Positions 25,255 through 37,202 of a stretch of DNA of 64,000 nt are shown one piece after another. Below the pieces are notes generated by a model, which worked only from the letters and a program-made list of their open reading frames with translations, was not told the DNA's origin and ran no database searches. Source of the stretch: Vicugna vicugna (Eukaryota); contig MU058844.1 of assembly GCA_013265495.1 (NCBI GenBank), forward strand, positions 5,000,344 through 5,064,343. The letters are read 5' to 3'. Each line of letters starts with the position of its first letter. Positions within the stretch are counted from its first letter, which is position 1. Position numbers and translations under genes: made by a program.

Positions 25255-25289
25255 GACAAATTCAAAGGAGAACCAAGAAGGAAAACTTC

Positions 25290-25410
25290 CTGGTCCTGCT
25301 TTAGTACCCACTTTGAAGAGAGAATGTCTGCTGCCTCATCTTGCAAACTTAAGATAAAAATCTGAAGACCAATGAGGTTGGCAGAGCAGAAAGATGAGAG
25401 GCTCTGGCTA
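25290..25410 (+). mobile_element. MLT1I/J-like LTR, first part
   Basis: catcttgcaaac...tgaggttggcagagcagaaagatg; appears to resume at 27195. Confidence 0.55.
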
Positions 25411-25759
25411 CTTCATTCACTGAATGCACATTTATTGAGTAGTTACTTTGCTCTAGGCATGATTCAAAGCCTTGGGAAAGCATGGGTGGGAGGGGAGAAA
25501 GGTGTAAAAGTCTTTGTTCTCATGGCGTTTGTATTCCAGTAATTCTGGGGAATGATCAACCAGCCAAAAAAAACTTAGTAAAGCAAATTTTGAAGTATGT
25601 AGAAGTCTCTAGAAAAAAATAAAGCAGAGTAAGTCACATCAGGAAAGCTGTAGATGGTAGTGATTTTAAATAGGTTTTCCAAGGTAAGCCTCATTGGGAA
25701 GGTGATATTTATGAGGAGTTGAAGAAGATGAGGGCATTACTCATCTAAAGACCTCAAAA

Positions 25760-26352
25760 GAGTATTTACTGTGAAGCTAGCAATATAATCATATGGTCAC
25801 ATGTTTTTGTAAAAATTTTTATTAGATTTTTATTATATTCAATTGGGTAAGGTCACTATCAACTTCAAATTCTCCTCCATTATACTCCTATTTTTGTAGG
25901 GTGGTGTCCAAGTGCCACACACATTTTTGGAAAAATAGCTAAATAGAAGCTGAGCTGAGGATACATTTAATAGGATTATACATGATATGAGTTTGGTGGA
26001 ATATACATATATAATTCTCAATCACTTCCATTTATGGTTATGTTATGGCTAGCCATCCCAACACAGAAATAGTTTTCAGAAATAATTCTATTGCTAGTGG
26101 ATACTTCTTTGTGAAGGGCCAGAGACAATATAATGTTACAGATTATGGTGCCCATAATATGATTTATTACTGTAGCATCTAGAGTTTCTGATGTCTGTGG
26201 TATTTTTCAGCTTTTTAAGAATTATAATTTGCTGTGAATTCTTTTTAATTCTAGTAAATACTCACTTTTGCCTTATTTTATGGTAATAATGTACTGTTTT
26301 CTTCAGAAAATTCCACATTTTATTTGTTAACACAAAACTTAAAATTGCCCCT
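25760..26352. mobile_element. MER115/Zaphod-type hAT-Tip100 element
   Basis: atttactgtgaagctagcaat...catatggtcacatgtttttgtaaaa; gctgagctgaggatacattta; gttatggctagccatccc; end cacaaaacttaaaattgcccct. Confidence 0.7.
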
Positions 26353-26486
26353 AAAAATTACCAAGTAGATGCACCTTTAGTGTTTCTGTGACAGTAGGAG
26401 GAACACAAAAGTATATTACCCAAGTTGTTGGTTGCAGTGAACAAAAAGGAAGCACATAGTGAGAGATTAATGCGGGGTGGTATTAG

Positions 26487-26800
26487 GAGCCAATAGAAAT
26501 ACATTGCAGGACATGTATGTAATTTTACAGTTTCTAGTAGCCACATAAAAAGTAAAATAAAACCAAATTAATCTAGTAATATATTTTATTTAATCCAATA
26601 CATGCAAAACATTACCTTCTAAACATTTAATCAACATTATTGTAGGCTATTAATGAGATGTTTGGCATTCTTTTTTGTCATACTAAGTCTCTCAAATTCA
26701 AAGTGTATTTTATACTTAAAATGTACCATTGTTTGAACCAGGCACATACCAAGTTATCAGTAGCCACATATGAATAGTGACTACTGAAATGTACAACACA
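26487..26800. mobile_element. MER33-like hAT-Charlie MITE
   Basis: ccaatagaaatacattgcagg...tttctagtagccacataaaaagtaaaa...cagtagccacatatgaatagtgactact. Confidence 0.85.
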
Positions 26801-27194
26801 ATATTAGAACATGTAACTTAATTAAATGGACAGAGAGTGGAGGGCTGTCAGTAGAGATGGGGCATGATCTGATTTTCGGTATCAAAAGATCACTCTGTAG
26901 TTAAGAATAAACTTTAGAGATACAAGGTTTGAAGTAGAGAGATAGATTAGGAGGCTATTGCAGTAATTCAGCAGGAGAGGATGGTGCTTTAGATCAAGAT
27001 GGTAATGGATCTAGTAAAATATAGTCAGATTCTCTATATATTTCAGTGGTTCAGGCATCAGGGTTTCCTGGTGAATAAAATGAGAGAAAGAGAAAAATTG
27101 TTATGAGAATTGGACAGATGATAATGTTATTTATTAAGATAAGGAAGATTATAATAAAAACAGGTTGAGGTTATTTGCTTGTTTATTATTTTTT

Positions 27195-27320
27195 GTGACA
27201 TCATTGAGCCAGTAAACCAACCAACCTTAACTCTTTATACAAGATTATAAATGTCTTTATTTTGTAAGTCGTTTTGAGTTGTATTTCTATTCTTTACAAC
27301 TAAAAGACGAATGCACATAT
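27195..27320 (+). mobile_element. MLT1I/J-like LTR, 3' part
   Basis: tgacatcattgagccagtaaaccaaccaacctt...ataaatgtctttattttgtaagtc...ttgagttgtatttctatt. Confidence 0.6.
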
Positions 27321-27580
27321 TATTAAAGGTATGGTAATAGTTTATTTCATTTTTCTACATTTTTCATAACCCTATACCCCAATAAACAAAACATAAACTT
27401 TGTAAGTTTAAGAAAGAAAGCTTTGGATAATGACTGATACTGAATTCTATATAAATAAAATGACTACATGCCTGGTTATACTTGGGCAGGGCCAACTTAT
27501 GTCTGCTTTCTCAGTATAAATTGATAGTAGCCCCTTTCATTCTCAAAACTCCTGGTTTGGGTGGTAAATTACCTACTTGC

Positions 27581-28075
27581 TGTATATTATCTATTACAAC
27601 AATATTGTCTTGTTATAAACCACCTCCAAACTTGGTGGCTTCAAATAACGACTATTTATTACTTTTCAGGAATCTGAGATTAGTTGAGTGGATCGGCTGA
27701 TTGAGCCAGTTTGGATGCTCTTAGCTAGGCATATGTTTCTGTGGTCAGCCAGCAGGCTGGCTAGTACCTGACTGGTCTAGCATGAGCTAAGCTGAAATGA
27801 CTTGTCTGTTTCCCTTGGTCTTTCCACCTCCAGAAATCCATCCCTATGCTTGTTCTTATGGTGGATTTCAGAGTTTCAAGAGGGTAAATAGAAGCATACA
27901 AGCTCAAAAGTAGCACACCATCATTTTCATACTAGTAAAGTAGCATATTCTGTTGGCTAAAAAAACCACAAGGCCAGCCAAGAGTCAATGGGCAAGAGGA
28001 CGATTAAGTTACAAAGCAAAGGTTGCTAGATATGGTCAACTCACTAATTGGATGCATCAGTGCAATCAACCAGTT
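27581..28075 (-). mobile_element. MaLR solo LTR (MLT1H-like), followed by a (TA/TG)n microsatellite to 28130
   Basis: aaaccacctccaaacttggtggcttcaaataac...tctgtggtcagccagcaggctggct...attctgttggctaaaaaaaccacaaggccagccaagagtcaa. Confidence 0.75.
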
Positions 28076-29606
28076 ATATGTATGTGCATGTATATATATG
28101 TGTGTGTATGTGTGTATATATATATATATAGTATTTGATATTTGTCTCTTAAGTTCCCTCATTTTTCTGTAGTCAACATGTCTTGTTAAAAACACAATTT
28201 TGAAATAATCATTAAAATTTTTATATATATTTTATAATACTTTATATTCTGAGGTCTCTATGATGGACTCACAGTAATACACTTGATGCATTCCTCTGTG
28301 TAATATTCATTTTCTTTATATTTTTCTCCAAGATATATTTCCATGAAAATGTCCAAATTCTCCTGAATTTTTAAAATTCTGATAAAGATGGAATTATCTT
28401 TTTGTCTGCTCCTTCTTCAAATATGTTATTCCTTTCTTTATAAATAAACATGCTGGAAAAATATCAGAGTCATCTGACAAAGCTTGCCAGAGAGATAATT
28501 TGCATTTTAAAATTCAAATGATTATTATAACCCAATAAGTATTTATTTGACAACTGCCGTATGCCTTTGATTGCAAACAATAAGAGCATTCAGGAAGCCA
28601 TATATTGACTTGTATCCCTTCAATAACAGATACAGTGTTTTCTTTCACTACCTAGTTTCTGTTCTCCTCACTGTTCCTCGATAGCACTGTTCTCTATAAT
28701 TTTATACTATATAATGCCACCTGGTAAAATAGCATTTAAGGATCTTGACATATATTCAATATTAAAGCTCTCTACTAAGTAAAATGGCTTAGTATAATGC
28801 GTATTTATAATATAGTGTTCTAGAATTGCAGCATCACCTTACTGGAAAATTTTTCTACCCAGATGAATTCTTTTTCAAAATCTCCTATTCCTTTAAAAAT
28901 AGATTTCTCATTTTTGGCTTATTCCATTGATGCTACTGGAACTTCAGAAGCACAAAATTTCCTATGTATATGGATGGGTAATCCTAAAATAAAGTTTTTA
29001 GAATCATTATTCATAAAATTGGTACCTAGCACAGGATCACACAAATTATCAACTGAAGCCAGAATTTTCCTATCTCCTTGCTCAGTGGAAGAGTTGTTAG
29101 TGTTTTTACAGTGTAAAAACCATTAAGGGATCCTCATGAACCAACCATCCCCATGTCAAAAAATGCCTTGAATAAAAAGACATAGTATATTTTAATTTTC
29201 TTCATAAAATACAATTTTGTAAACTTTCCCAAAATATGGAGGAAAGAATACATCAAGTTCCCTTTATTTACCTTCAGCTTTAACAGATAATATCACATCA
29301 AAACAGAGTATAATTATTTTCCTTAATTTTAAATATGAAGAATTATTTCTTTACATTTTAACTTTTTAGAGTGTATGATCCACGAAGCTTTTATATAGTT
29401 GTGGAAAACCCATAGAAATACTTACACACATGCACACCCAGGTGGAAATAGTATGTGCCAGTAATCCTTCAGTATAGTAAATGGGGGAATGGAATAAACA
29501 TATACATTTTTTCATTTGTAAGAGGTGCACACAAGAGAATGTCCGATTTGTTTATGGATTATTCTATAATGAAGCCATCTGTAACAAAGAACAAAAACAG
29601 TCAAGG

Positions 29607-29698
29607 ATGGGGAAGGTATAACTCAAGTGGTAGAATGCATGCTTAACATGCATTAACTTCCTCCAAAAATAAATAAACCTAATTATCCCCCACCAAAA
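29607..29698 (+). mobile_element. Vic-1-like camelid tRNA-derived SINE with the B-box region deleted
   Basis: ggggaaggtataactcaagtggtagaatgcatgcttaacatgca (A-box head) and tail aaataaataaacctaattatcccccaccaaaa; the expected gaggtcctgggttcaatcccc segment is absent. Confidence 0.8.
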
Positions 29699-29789
29699 TG
29701 GATCACTTATTGTTAATATAGTCATTTAAGCCATGTTACAATAATATATCTGATGGAAAGCATACTTGTCAAATAACAATATGATATCC

Positions 29790-30622
29790 TTTTTTTTAAA
29801 TTGAAGTATAGTTAGTTACATGTCAATTTCTGATGGACAGCATAATGTCCCTGAAGTATACAGTATGTTACAATGTACCAATTTCTGGTGGACAGCAAAG
29901 TCATGCATATACATATATGTATACACACACATAATATTCATTTTCATATTCTTTTTCATTAAACTTATTGCTATCCCAAGATATTGAATACAGTTCCCTG
30001 TGCTATATAGAATACTTTTTTTTATATATTTTAATGTATAGTGGTTAACATTTGCAAATCTCAAACTCCAAAATTCAACCCTTCCCACCCCCTTTCCTGG
30101 GTAACCGTAAGATTGTTTACTATGTTTGTGAGACAGTTTCTTTTGTAGCTGAGTTCATTAGTTCCCTTTTTTTTTTAAGATTCCACATATTAGTGATATC
30201 ATATGGTATTTTTCTTTGTCTTTCTGGCTTACTTCACTTAGAATAATGATCTCTAGATCCATCCATGTTGATGCAAATGTCATTATTTTATTCTTTTTTA
30301 TCACTGAGTAGTATTCCATTGTATAAATATACCACAACCTCTTTAAGTAGTCATCTGTCAATGGACATTTAGGTTGCTTCCATGTCTTGGCTATTGTATA
30401 TAGTGCTGCTATGAACATTGAGGTGCATGCATCTTTTCAAATGAGAGTTCCCTCCAGTTATATATTCAGTAGTGAGATTGCTGGATCATATAAGTCTATT
30501 TTTAGTTTTTTGAGGAATATCCATACTGTTTTCCATAATGGCTGTACCAAACTATGTTCCAACCAGCAGTGTAGGAAGGTTCCCTTCTCTCCACACCCTT
30601 TCGAACATTTATCATATGTGGA
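29790..30622 (-). mobile_element. L1 3' end (older subfamily)
   Basis: Poly-T at 29790; minus-strand [19 protein letters not shown]...WMDLEIIILSEVSQ = ORF2p C-terminus. Confidence 0.93.
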
Positions 30623-31430
30623 CTTTTTTTTTAAAGATTTTTTATTGATTTATAATCATTTTACAATGTTGTATCAAATTCCAGTGTAGAGCACAATTTT
30701 TCAGTTACACATGAACATATATATATTCATTGTCACCTTTTTTTCTCTGTGAGCTACCATAACATCTTCTGTATATTTCCCTGTGCTATACAGTATAATC
30801 TTGTTTATCTATTCTACAATTTTGAAATCCCGGTCTATCTCTTCCCACCTCCCACCCCCTTGGCAACCACAAGTTTGTATTCTATGTCTATGAGTCTATT
30901 TCTGTTTTGTATTTATGCTTTGTTTGTTTGTTTGTGTTTTTAGATTCCACACATGAGTGATCTCATATGGTATTTTTCTTTCTCTTTCTGGCTTACTTCA
31001 CTTAGAATGACATTCTCCAGGAGCATCCATGTTGCTGCAAATGGCATTATGTTGTTCTTTTTATGGCTGAGTAGTATTCCATTGTATAAATATACCACCT
31101 CTTCTTTATCCAGTCACCTGTTGATGGACATTTAGGCTGTTTCCATGTCTTGGCTATTGTAAATAGTGCTGCTATGAACGCTGGGGTGCAGGTGTCACGT
31201 TGAAATAGGGTTCCTTCTGGATATATGCCCAGGAGCGGGATTCCTGGGTGATATGGGAAGTCTGTTCCAAGTCTTTTGAGGAATCTCCATACTGTTTTCC
31301 ACAGTGGCTGCACCAAACTGCATTCCCACCAGCAGTGAAGGAGGGATCCCTTTTCTCCACAGCCTTTCCAGCATTTGTCATTTGTGGATTTGTGAATGAC
31401 AGCCATTCTGACTGGTGTGAGGTGATAACC
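30623..31430 (-). mobile_element. Young L1 3' end (same subfamily as 1-382)
   Basis: Second poly-T at 30624-30632; 119-aa open frame [34 protein letters not shown]... Confidence 0.93.
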
Positions 31431-32405
31431 TCATTGTAGTTTTGATTTGCATTTCTCTGAAAATTAGCAATATTGAGCATTTTTTCATATGCCTATTGGC
31501 CATTTGTATGTCTTCATTGGAGAATTGCTTGTTTAGGTCTTCTGCCCATTGTTGTATGGGGTTGTTTGGTTTTTGTTAAAAAGTTGTATGAGCTGTTTCT
31601 ATATTCTGGAAATTAAGCTTTTGTCAGTCCATCATTTGCAAATTTTTTTTCCCATTCTGTAGGTTGTTGTTTTGCATATGGTTTCCTTTGCTATGCAAAA
31701 GCTTATTAGTTTAATTAGGTCTCATTTGTTTATTTTTGCTTTTTTCCCCTTTACTTTAGGAGATGGATACAAAAATACTGCTACAATTTATGTCAAAGAG
31801 TGTTCTGCATATGTTTTCCTCAAGGAGTGTTATAAGATCCCATCTTACATTTAGGTCTTCAATCCATTTTGAGTTTACTTTTGTATATTCTCTAATTTCA
31901 TTCTTTTACATGTAGCTGTCCTTTTTTACCAGCATCACATACTGAAGAGACTGTCTCTTTTCCATTGTATATTCTTGCCACTTTTGTCATAGATTAATTC
32001 ATCATAGTGTGTGGGCTTTTGATTCTGTTCCATTGATCTATGTGCCTGTTATTGTGTCAGTTTCATACTGTTTTGATTACTGTAGCTCTATAGGATAGGC
32101 TGAAGTCAGACAGCATGATTCCCCCAGCTCTGTTCTTCTTTCTCAAGATCGTTTTGGCTATTCAGGGTCTTTTGCGTTTCCATACAAATTTTAAAATTAT
32201 TTGTTCTAGTTCTGTGAAAAATGCCATTGGTATTTTGATAGAGATTGCATTGAATGTATAGATTGCCTTGAGTACTATGGTCATTTTAACAATATTAATT
32301 ATTCCATTCCAAGAACAGGGTATATCTTTACATCTGTGTTACCTTCAATTTCTTTCACCAGTGTCTTATAGTTTTCCAAGTACAGATCTTTTACCTCCTT
32401 AGATA
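31431..32405 (-). mobile_element. L1 ORF2 continuation (more diverged), 5'-truncated
   Basis: Collinear ORF2 sequence up to KEVKDLYLENYKTLVKEIE, with several deletions. Confidence 0.9.
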
Positions 32406-32582
32406 AAAGGAGTTTTATTAGCATTGATTCCATCCTATTCAATAAGTTTATTAAGAACAATGTTAAAGACAAGTAATAGCTTATCAAATTTTCTTAATAC
32501 TGCTACAGGAATAATACACGTTAGGAAGAAGAATCAAAATTCAAGTTTCTTTATTAAATATATATAGAGACATATCTACTCC

Positions 32583-32660
32583 TATATATATATATATATA
32601 TATACACATACAGATACATATATATATATGTATGTATATATATATGTGTGTGTGTATATA
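32583..32660. repeat. Compound (TA)n/(TACA)n/(TG)n microsatellite
   Basis: Directly visible. Confidence 0.9.
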
Positions 32661-33254
32661 ATATCTATGTTTGTCTTGCAGTCTCTTTTTAATTCCCTGT
32701 AGTGGGGATAGTTCTTCCATTGCCTCAGGTGAAACCTTGAGCAAGTACCATAAATTTTGTCATTTTTCTCTTAGAGAATAAGTCTATAAGTCCTTTTAGT
32801 TTATAAAATTAGTCTCACTTTACTAATTAAAATGACCAATCTTGGGTCAAAATCAAAATTCTGAACTTGATTCAAAGCTAAGTCTTTTGCAATGCGCTGG
32901 TTTCAGCCTGCTCCAGGTAAGAAGCCAGAAATTGAATAAGGAAGGTGTGATTTACCTTCTTCTTTCTTTCCTCATTTAGGCTCTTCCACTTCCCATTCAG
33001 CTGTTATCTTCTTAACTTCTGTTTGTGACCCTTTCATGTTTTGAACTTGGAAAGAAAAGAGAAGAAGGAGAGAAGAAGGAAGAATCCTTCTGACTGGGTA
33101 AGTACAGACAGAGTGATCCTGCATTGTCATGCACTACGTTTGATATTGACTCATTGTTCCATGAGCATTTTACCATAGATAGGTCAGAAGGCCCCCCACA
33201 CCCCTAGCAAAGGGATTCTGTCATCTGCTGTTCACTAAACAAGGGTGAAGATTT

Positions 33255-33560
33255 TCTATTTTGTTTGTTACTTGTTCTATTATTTTATTTTTACTGAAAT
33301 ATAGTTGATTTACAATATTGTTTAGTTTCAGGTGTATAGCATATTGATTCAATTATATATATATATATATATATAAGAATATATATATATATTCTTTTTC
33401 ATTATTGGCTATTACAAGATACTGAATATAGTTCCCTGGCTTAACAGTAGGACCTTACTGTTTATCAGTTTATACATAGTTGTTAGTATCTGAAAATCCT
33501 AAACTTCTAATTTATCCCTCCCATCATAAGTTTGTTTTCTATGTCTGTGAATCTATTTCT
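33255..33560 (-). mobile_element. Short L1 3'UTR fragment
   Basis: tgaaatatagttgatttacaatattgtttagtttcaggtgtatagcat...gaatatagttccctg...cataagtttgttttctatgtctgtga. Confidence 0.9.
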
Positions 33561-33914
33561 TATATCCTGTGTTACCTTCATTTTCTTTCCACTAAGGTTT
33601 TATGCCTCCCCATTAAATCTCCTTTGACAGGACTTGACAAACAACTTTTCTTTCATGTGAATGGCTCACATCAGATCCATGAGAAATATTTATAACCCCT
33701 GTTGGGAGAATACTTTCAAATTCATGCCCCCACCAAGAGAAAAATGTCCACTGCTCTTTAGTTCCATGATAAAGTAGCTAGCCGACCTGTCTTTTACTCA
33801 CCAGACCTTCCAGATAGGAGTAAAACACCAGTTTAGTATGTCAGCACACATATTAGCTGTCCAGGAATCCCATTAAACCGCCCATCCCTGGGAATGATTC
33901 TCTGATCCTCCTCT

Positions 33915-34322
33915 CAGTATCAGCTCTTGATTCTTCAATAACCTTTATGTTTCCAAGGAGTCATCTTTGACTTTTCCTTTCTCAGTTTTTATTATCATAC
34001 AGTTATAATATCCTGTTAGTTTTTCCTTACATATTGTTCTAGACTTGGGCTACTTTCCCTTATTTCCACAGCTTCCCAAATCATCCAATTTACCATCATC
34101 TCCTACTAAGATCTCCTAGCGTCAACTCAAAACCCTGACAGTTGCTCCTCATCTCCTATTCTGCTTTATTTTTCTCTATAACGTATTATCTATCTGTCTC
34201 TTGCCACTAGGATGTAAGCCCCATGACAGCAGGGACTTCATTTTGTTCACAAATTTCACCTAGCTAATAGTGCCTGGCACATAGTTGATCTCAGTTACTA
34301 TTTTTTGAATGAATAACTGAAC
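33915..34322 (+). mobile_element. L2 LINE 3' end
   Basis: ccactaggatgtaagccccatgacagcagggact...agtgcctggcacatag...ttgaatgaat. Confidence 0.85.
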
Positions 34323-35896
34323 AAGTTTTAATTTTAATTATCAATAAGTAGTTATTACTTCTTGGTCAGTTTGATTAACCTTTTTGTGGAGAAGTCTTAC
34401 TCTTATTTAAAGCTCTAAGAAATCATTTTGGTCAAGTCTGGCTAGTACAAATGTGTCCATTATTTTGTATCCATTTGAAGCAAGATAAACCCTTGCGGAT
34501 ATTCCACTATTTTAATGTAAACATTACTAGAGAGTATTTTATAATTAGTTTGTTCTAAGCAGTACCTAATAACGTAGATGGTTAGTAATGCTATTACGAG
34601 ACATGGTTCTTTAATTCTAGGCATGTAATTCAAATGTAAGTTTAAAAAGTCTAAACAGCATTATTTATTGTTTCATTGCCTCTTACTTAATAATTGTTCC
34701 TGAAATGGCATTACACAGCAAATATTTACTGAGTTCCTAATATACGTAAGGTCCTTTGTTAGGCACTTTGAGAAATTCTAAAATAAACAGAACATGTATG
34801 CTATCTCTAGCAGAAGGTCTGCAAATATGGACTGGAACTCATCTGAAAGATGTTTGTGTGTGTGGAAAGTGGTGACAGGGATGGGAGGGCAGTGGATGAG
34901 AGAAAAGAAATGCGGTTCAGATTTTTAAAATAGCTTTTTTCACAGTGGGATTGGTGACCCCAATAGTGAGCTTCCGTCACACTATTTACATTATTTGGCA
35001 TGTTTATAAACAAGTCCTTTAATATTTATAGAAATAATACTGAAAGAAAAAAAAACCCATTTTGGTTTCTAGGCAAAAGTAGTTAAACACAGGATTTGTA
35101 GATACTACTTGTAGCTGTGTGCCAGTCTCCAGAACTGGCAGGTACCTTGGCATACTTTGCTTAAGAACAGTACGTAATAGTCACGGTCTGCCTATTCCAT
35201 CTGTTGTCCACGAGAGAAAAAACCCATTGCGTGGAGTGATTAGGATTATCAGGTTACATGTTGGGGGTTTTCTGATGTTTTTCCATGATATCAAGAAATA
35301 TAAAACAAATCAGCCTGAAAGAAAATGTGCTTAATTAGAACGAATGTAGTGGGCAGTCAAGTCTGAGATGTTGTTTAAATGCTGTTATTCTTGATGGGCC
35401 ATCAAGTGCAGCTTGAAATGAGTAATAAGAATGGGAGACTCTGTTAAACCAGTGAGTGTTGGAAACAAGGTCGAAATTGAGTAAACAGCTGAAATAATTG
35501 AAACACCTAACAAAGTTGATTGGTTTTGGCTCAATAATTAGAATTAGTAGCAAAGGAGGATAATTTTGGAGGGGAAGGCATAATTAAAATATGCCAAAGA
35601 GTGAGATTAGCTAAGTTTAGTCTGGATATTTGGCTCTGAGGGTTTAGAAACGGGGCAAATCTTAGAAGCGCCAATAAAGAAGAGGCCTATTAAACTGCCA
35701 TTATAAACTGACAAACATCATTTCATATTAAGGGAGTTAATTCTTAGATCACGTTTGGCTTTAAAGCTGGCTGCCTGTAAACATGTGCACCATTTTAAAC
35801 AGCACGTCTGTGAAGCTTTTGTGGGAATGAACTTTGTCAGCTCCTGTGCTCTGCTCAGGAGGTTCATTACGCTCACTGATAGTGCTGCTTCTTCAG

Positions 35897-35920
35897 AAGA
35901 GTACCGTGTCTTTGTGCCTG
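35897..35920 (+). CDS. Candidate 24-nt microexon (phase-1 reading ~EYRVFVP)
   Basis: ctcactgatagtgctgcttcttcAG|AAGAGTACCGTGTCTTTGTGCCTG|GTAGGT; multiple of 3, no internal stop in any frame. Confidence 0.3.
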
Positions 35921-36711
35921 GTAGGTCAGTTTGAAGTATTTCACTATGGTTTTTTTTAAATCTGAAGAAAAAATAATCCTTTTTTATGATCTACTCAAAT
36001 ATACTTTTCTTCCTTGTTAAAAGTCTACAGGCAATAGAATTGAAGCACAACAAATTGAGAAATTACTTTGAAGTTGCACTATCATATATTGCTGTTTTGA
36101 TAGAAATAAGGATTTGCCTGAATCTAAAGATTTCTTAGTTTTATTTTTGCTTTTTCACTTTTGATTTTTGTACTACTTCTACAATTTTATGTAGTTATAT
36201 GTATATTTATTTACATATATTAATGATTCTGATATTTAAAAGCATTTCTATTGAGTCTTTTTTAAAAATTTCACTAGTTTTTTCTTGTCACTTGATTTTT
36301 AAAATGAAATTTAAAAAATTTTATTAGGCAGAACAATGTATAATTATACATAGTTATCAATTATGTAATTATATATAATTCTCTATTTTAATATAAAAGT
36401 TAGTATATTGTGTGATCACATTGTTCTTCATTTTTGTTTAAATTTCATACAATGTGAATTACATACATATGTCCAATTCTACTGTGTACCTTAAAAATAA
36501 ATAAATGCCTTTCAGTGTTTCTAACCATATCATTATTATTAGTCACTTACTCTTGTTTCTTACAAATCATATGCAATTACTTTTAACTATTAGCCATAAT
36601 TCTTTAAAAAAAAATGAAAGTTAAGTATTAAAATGAATGAAAAGAAATACTGAAAAAGTATGAAATTGAAGACCTACTAAAGTTAGTGGTAATGCCAGGT
36701 TGTACAACCAC

Positions 36712-37181
36712 CATATTAGTGTCTAATTGCTGCTATAACAAATTACCACAAACTTAGTGACTTAAAGCTACACAAGTTTGTCTTAAAGCTCTGGGGGTTA
36801 GGAGTTCTAAATGAGTCAAATGGGGACAAACTGCAAACTGCATTCCTTCTGGAAGCTGTAAGGGGAAATCCCTTTTCTTATCTTTTCCAGTTTTCAGAGA
36901 TCGCCTGTTCCTTGGCCCTTGGCCATCTTCCAGCAATTGTATCATCCCAACCTCTGCTTCTATTGTCACATCTCCTTCACTGACTCTAACCCTTCTGCCT
37001 TCCTCTTTTAAGAACCCATGTGATTACATTGGGCCCACCTAAGAATCCAATGTAATCTCTCCATCTCAAGATCTTTTAATTTAATCACATCTGCACAGCC
37101 CTCTTTATACCATGATATATACCCACAGGTTATGTGGATTAGCCCTGGACATCTTTGAAAGTGCATTACTCTCTGTAAGAC
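36712..37181 (-). mobile_element. MaLR solo LTR (MLT1C/D-like)
   Basis: ttgctgctataacaaattaccacaaacttagtgacttaaa...tgtgattacattgggcccacct...ttaatcacatctgca...tggacatctttg. Confidence 0.88.
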
Positions 37182-37202
37182 AGTAACTAAAAGACTTGCT
37201 TA

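Larger units (their letters stand above)
25412..27170 (-). mobile_element. L2 LINE 3' region interrupted by two hAT elements
   Basis: ttcattcactgaatgcacatttattgag 3' end; aagatcactctg...gattaggaggctattgcagtaattcag...gatggtgctttagatcaagatggt at 26880-27010. Confidence 0.75.

Noticed and set aside
32870..33900. Possible ancient LTR split by the L1 at 33255-33560
   Set aside because: No termini, TSD or family-diagnostic motif that I could confirm.
35120..35140. Small hairpin tgccagt...actggca
   Set aside because: A 7-bp stem is expected by chance in 64 kb; no RNA-gene context.
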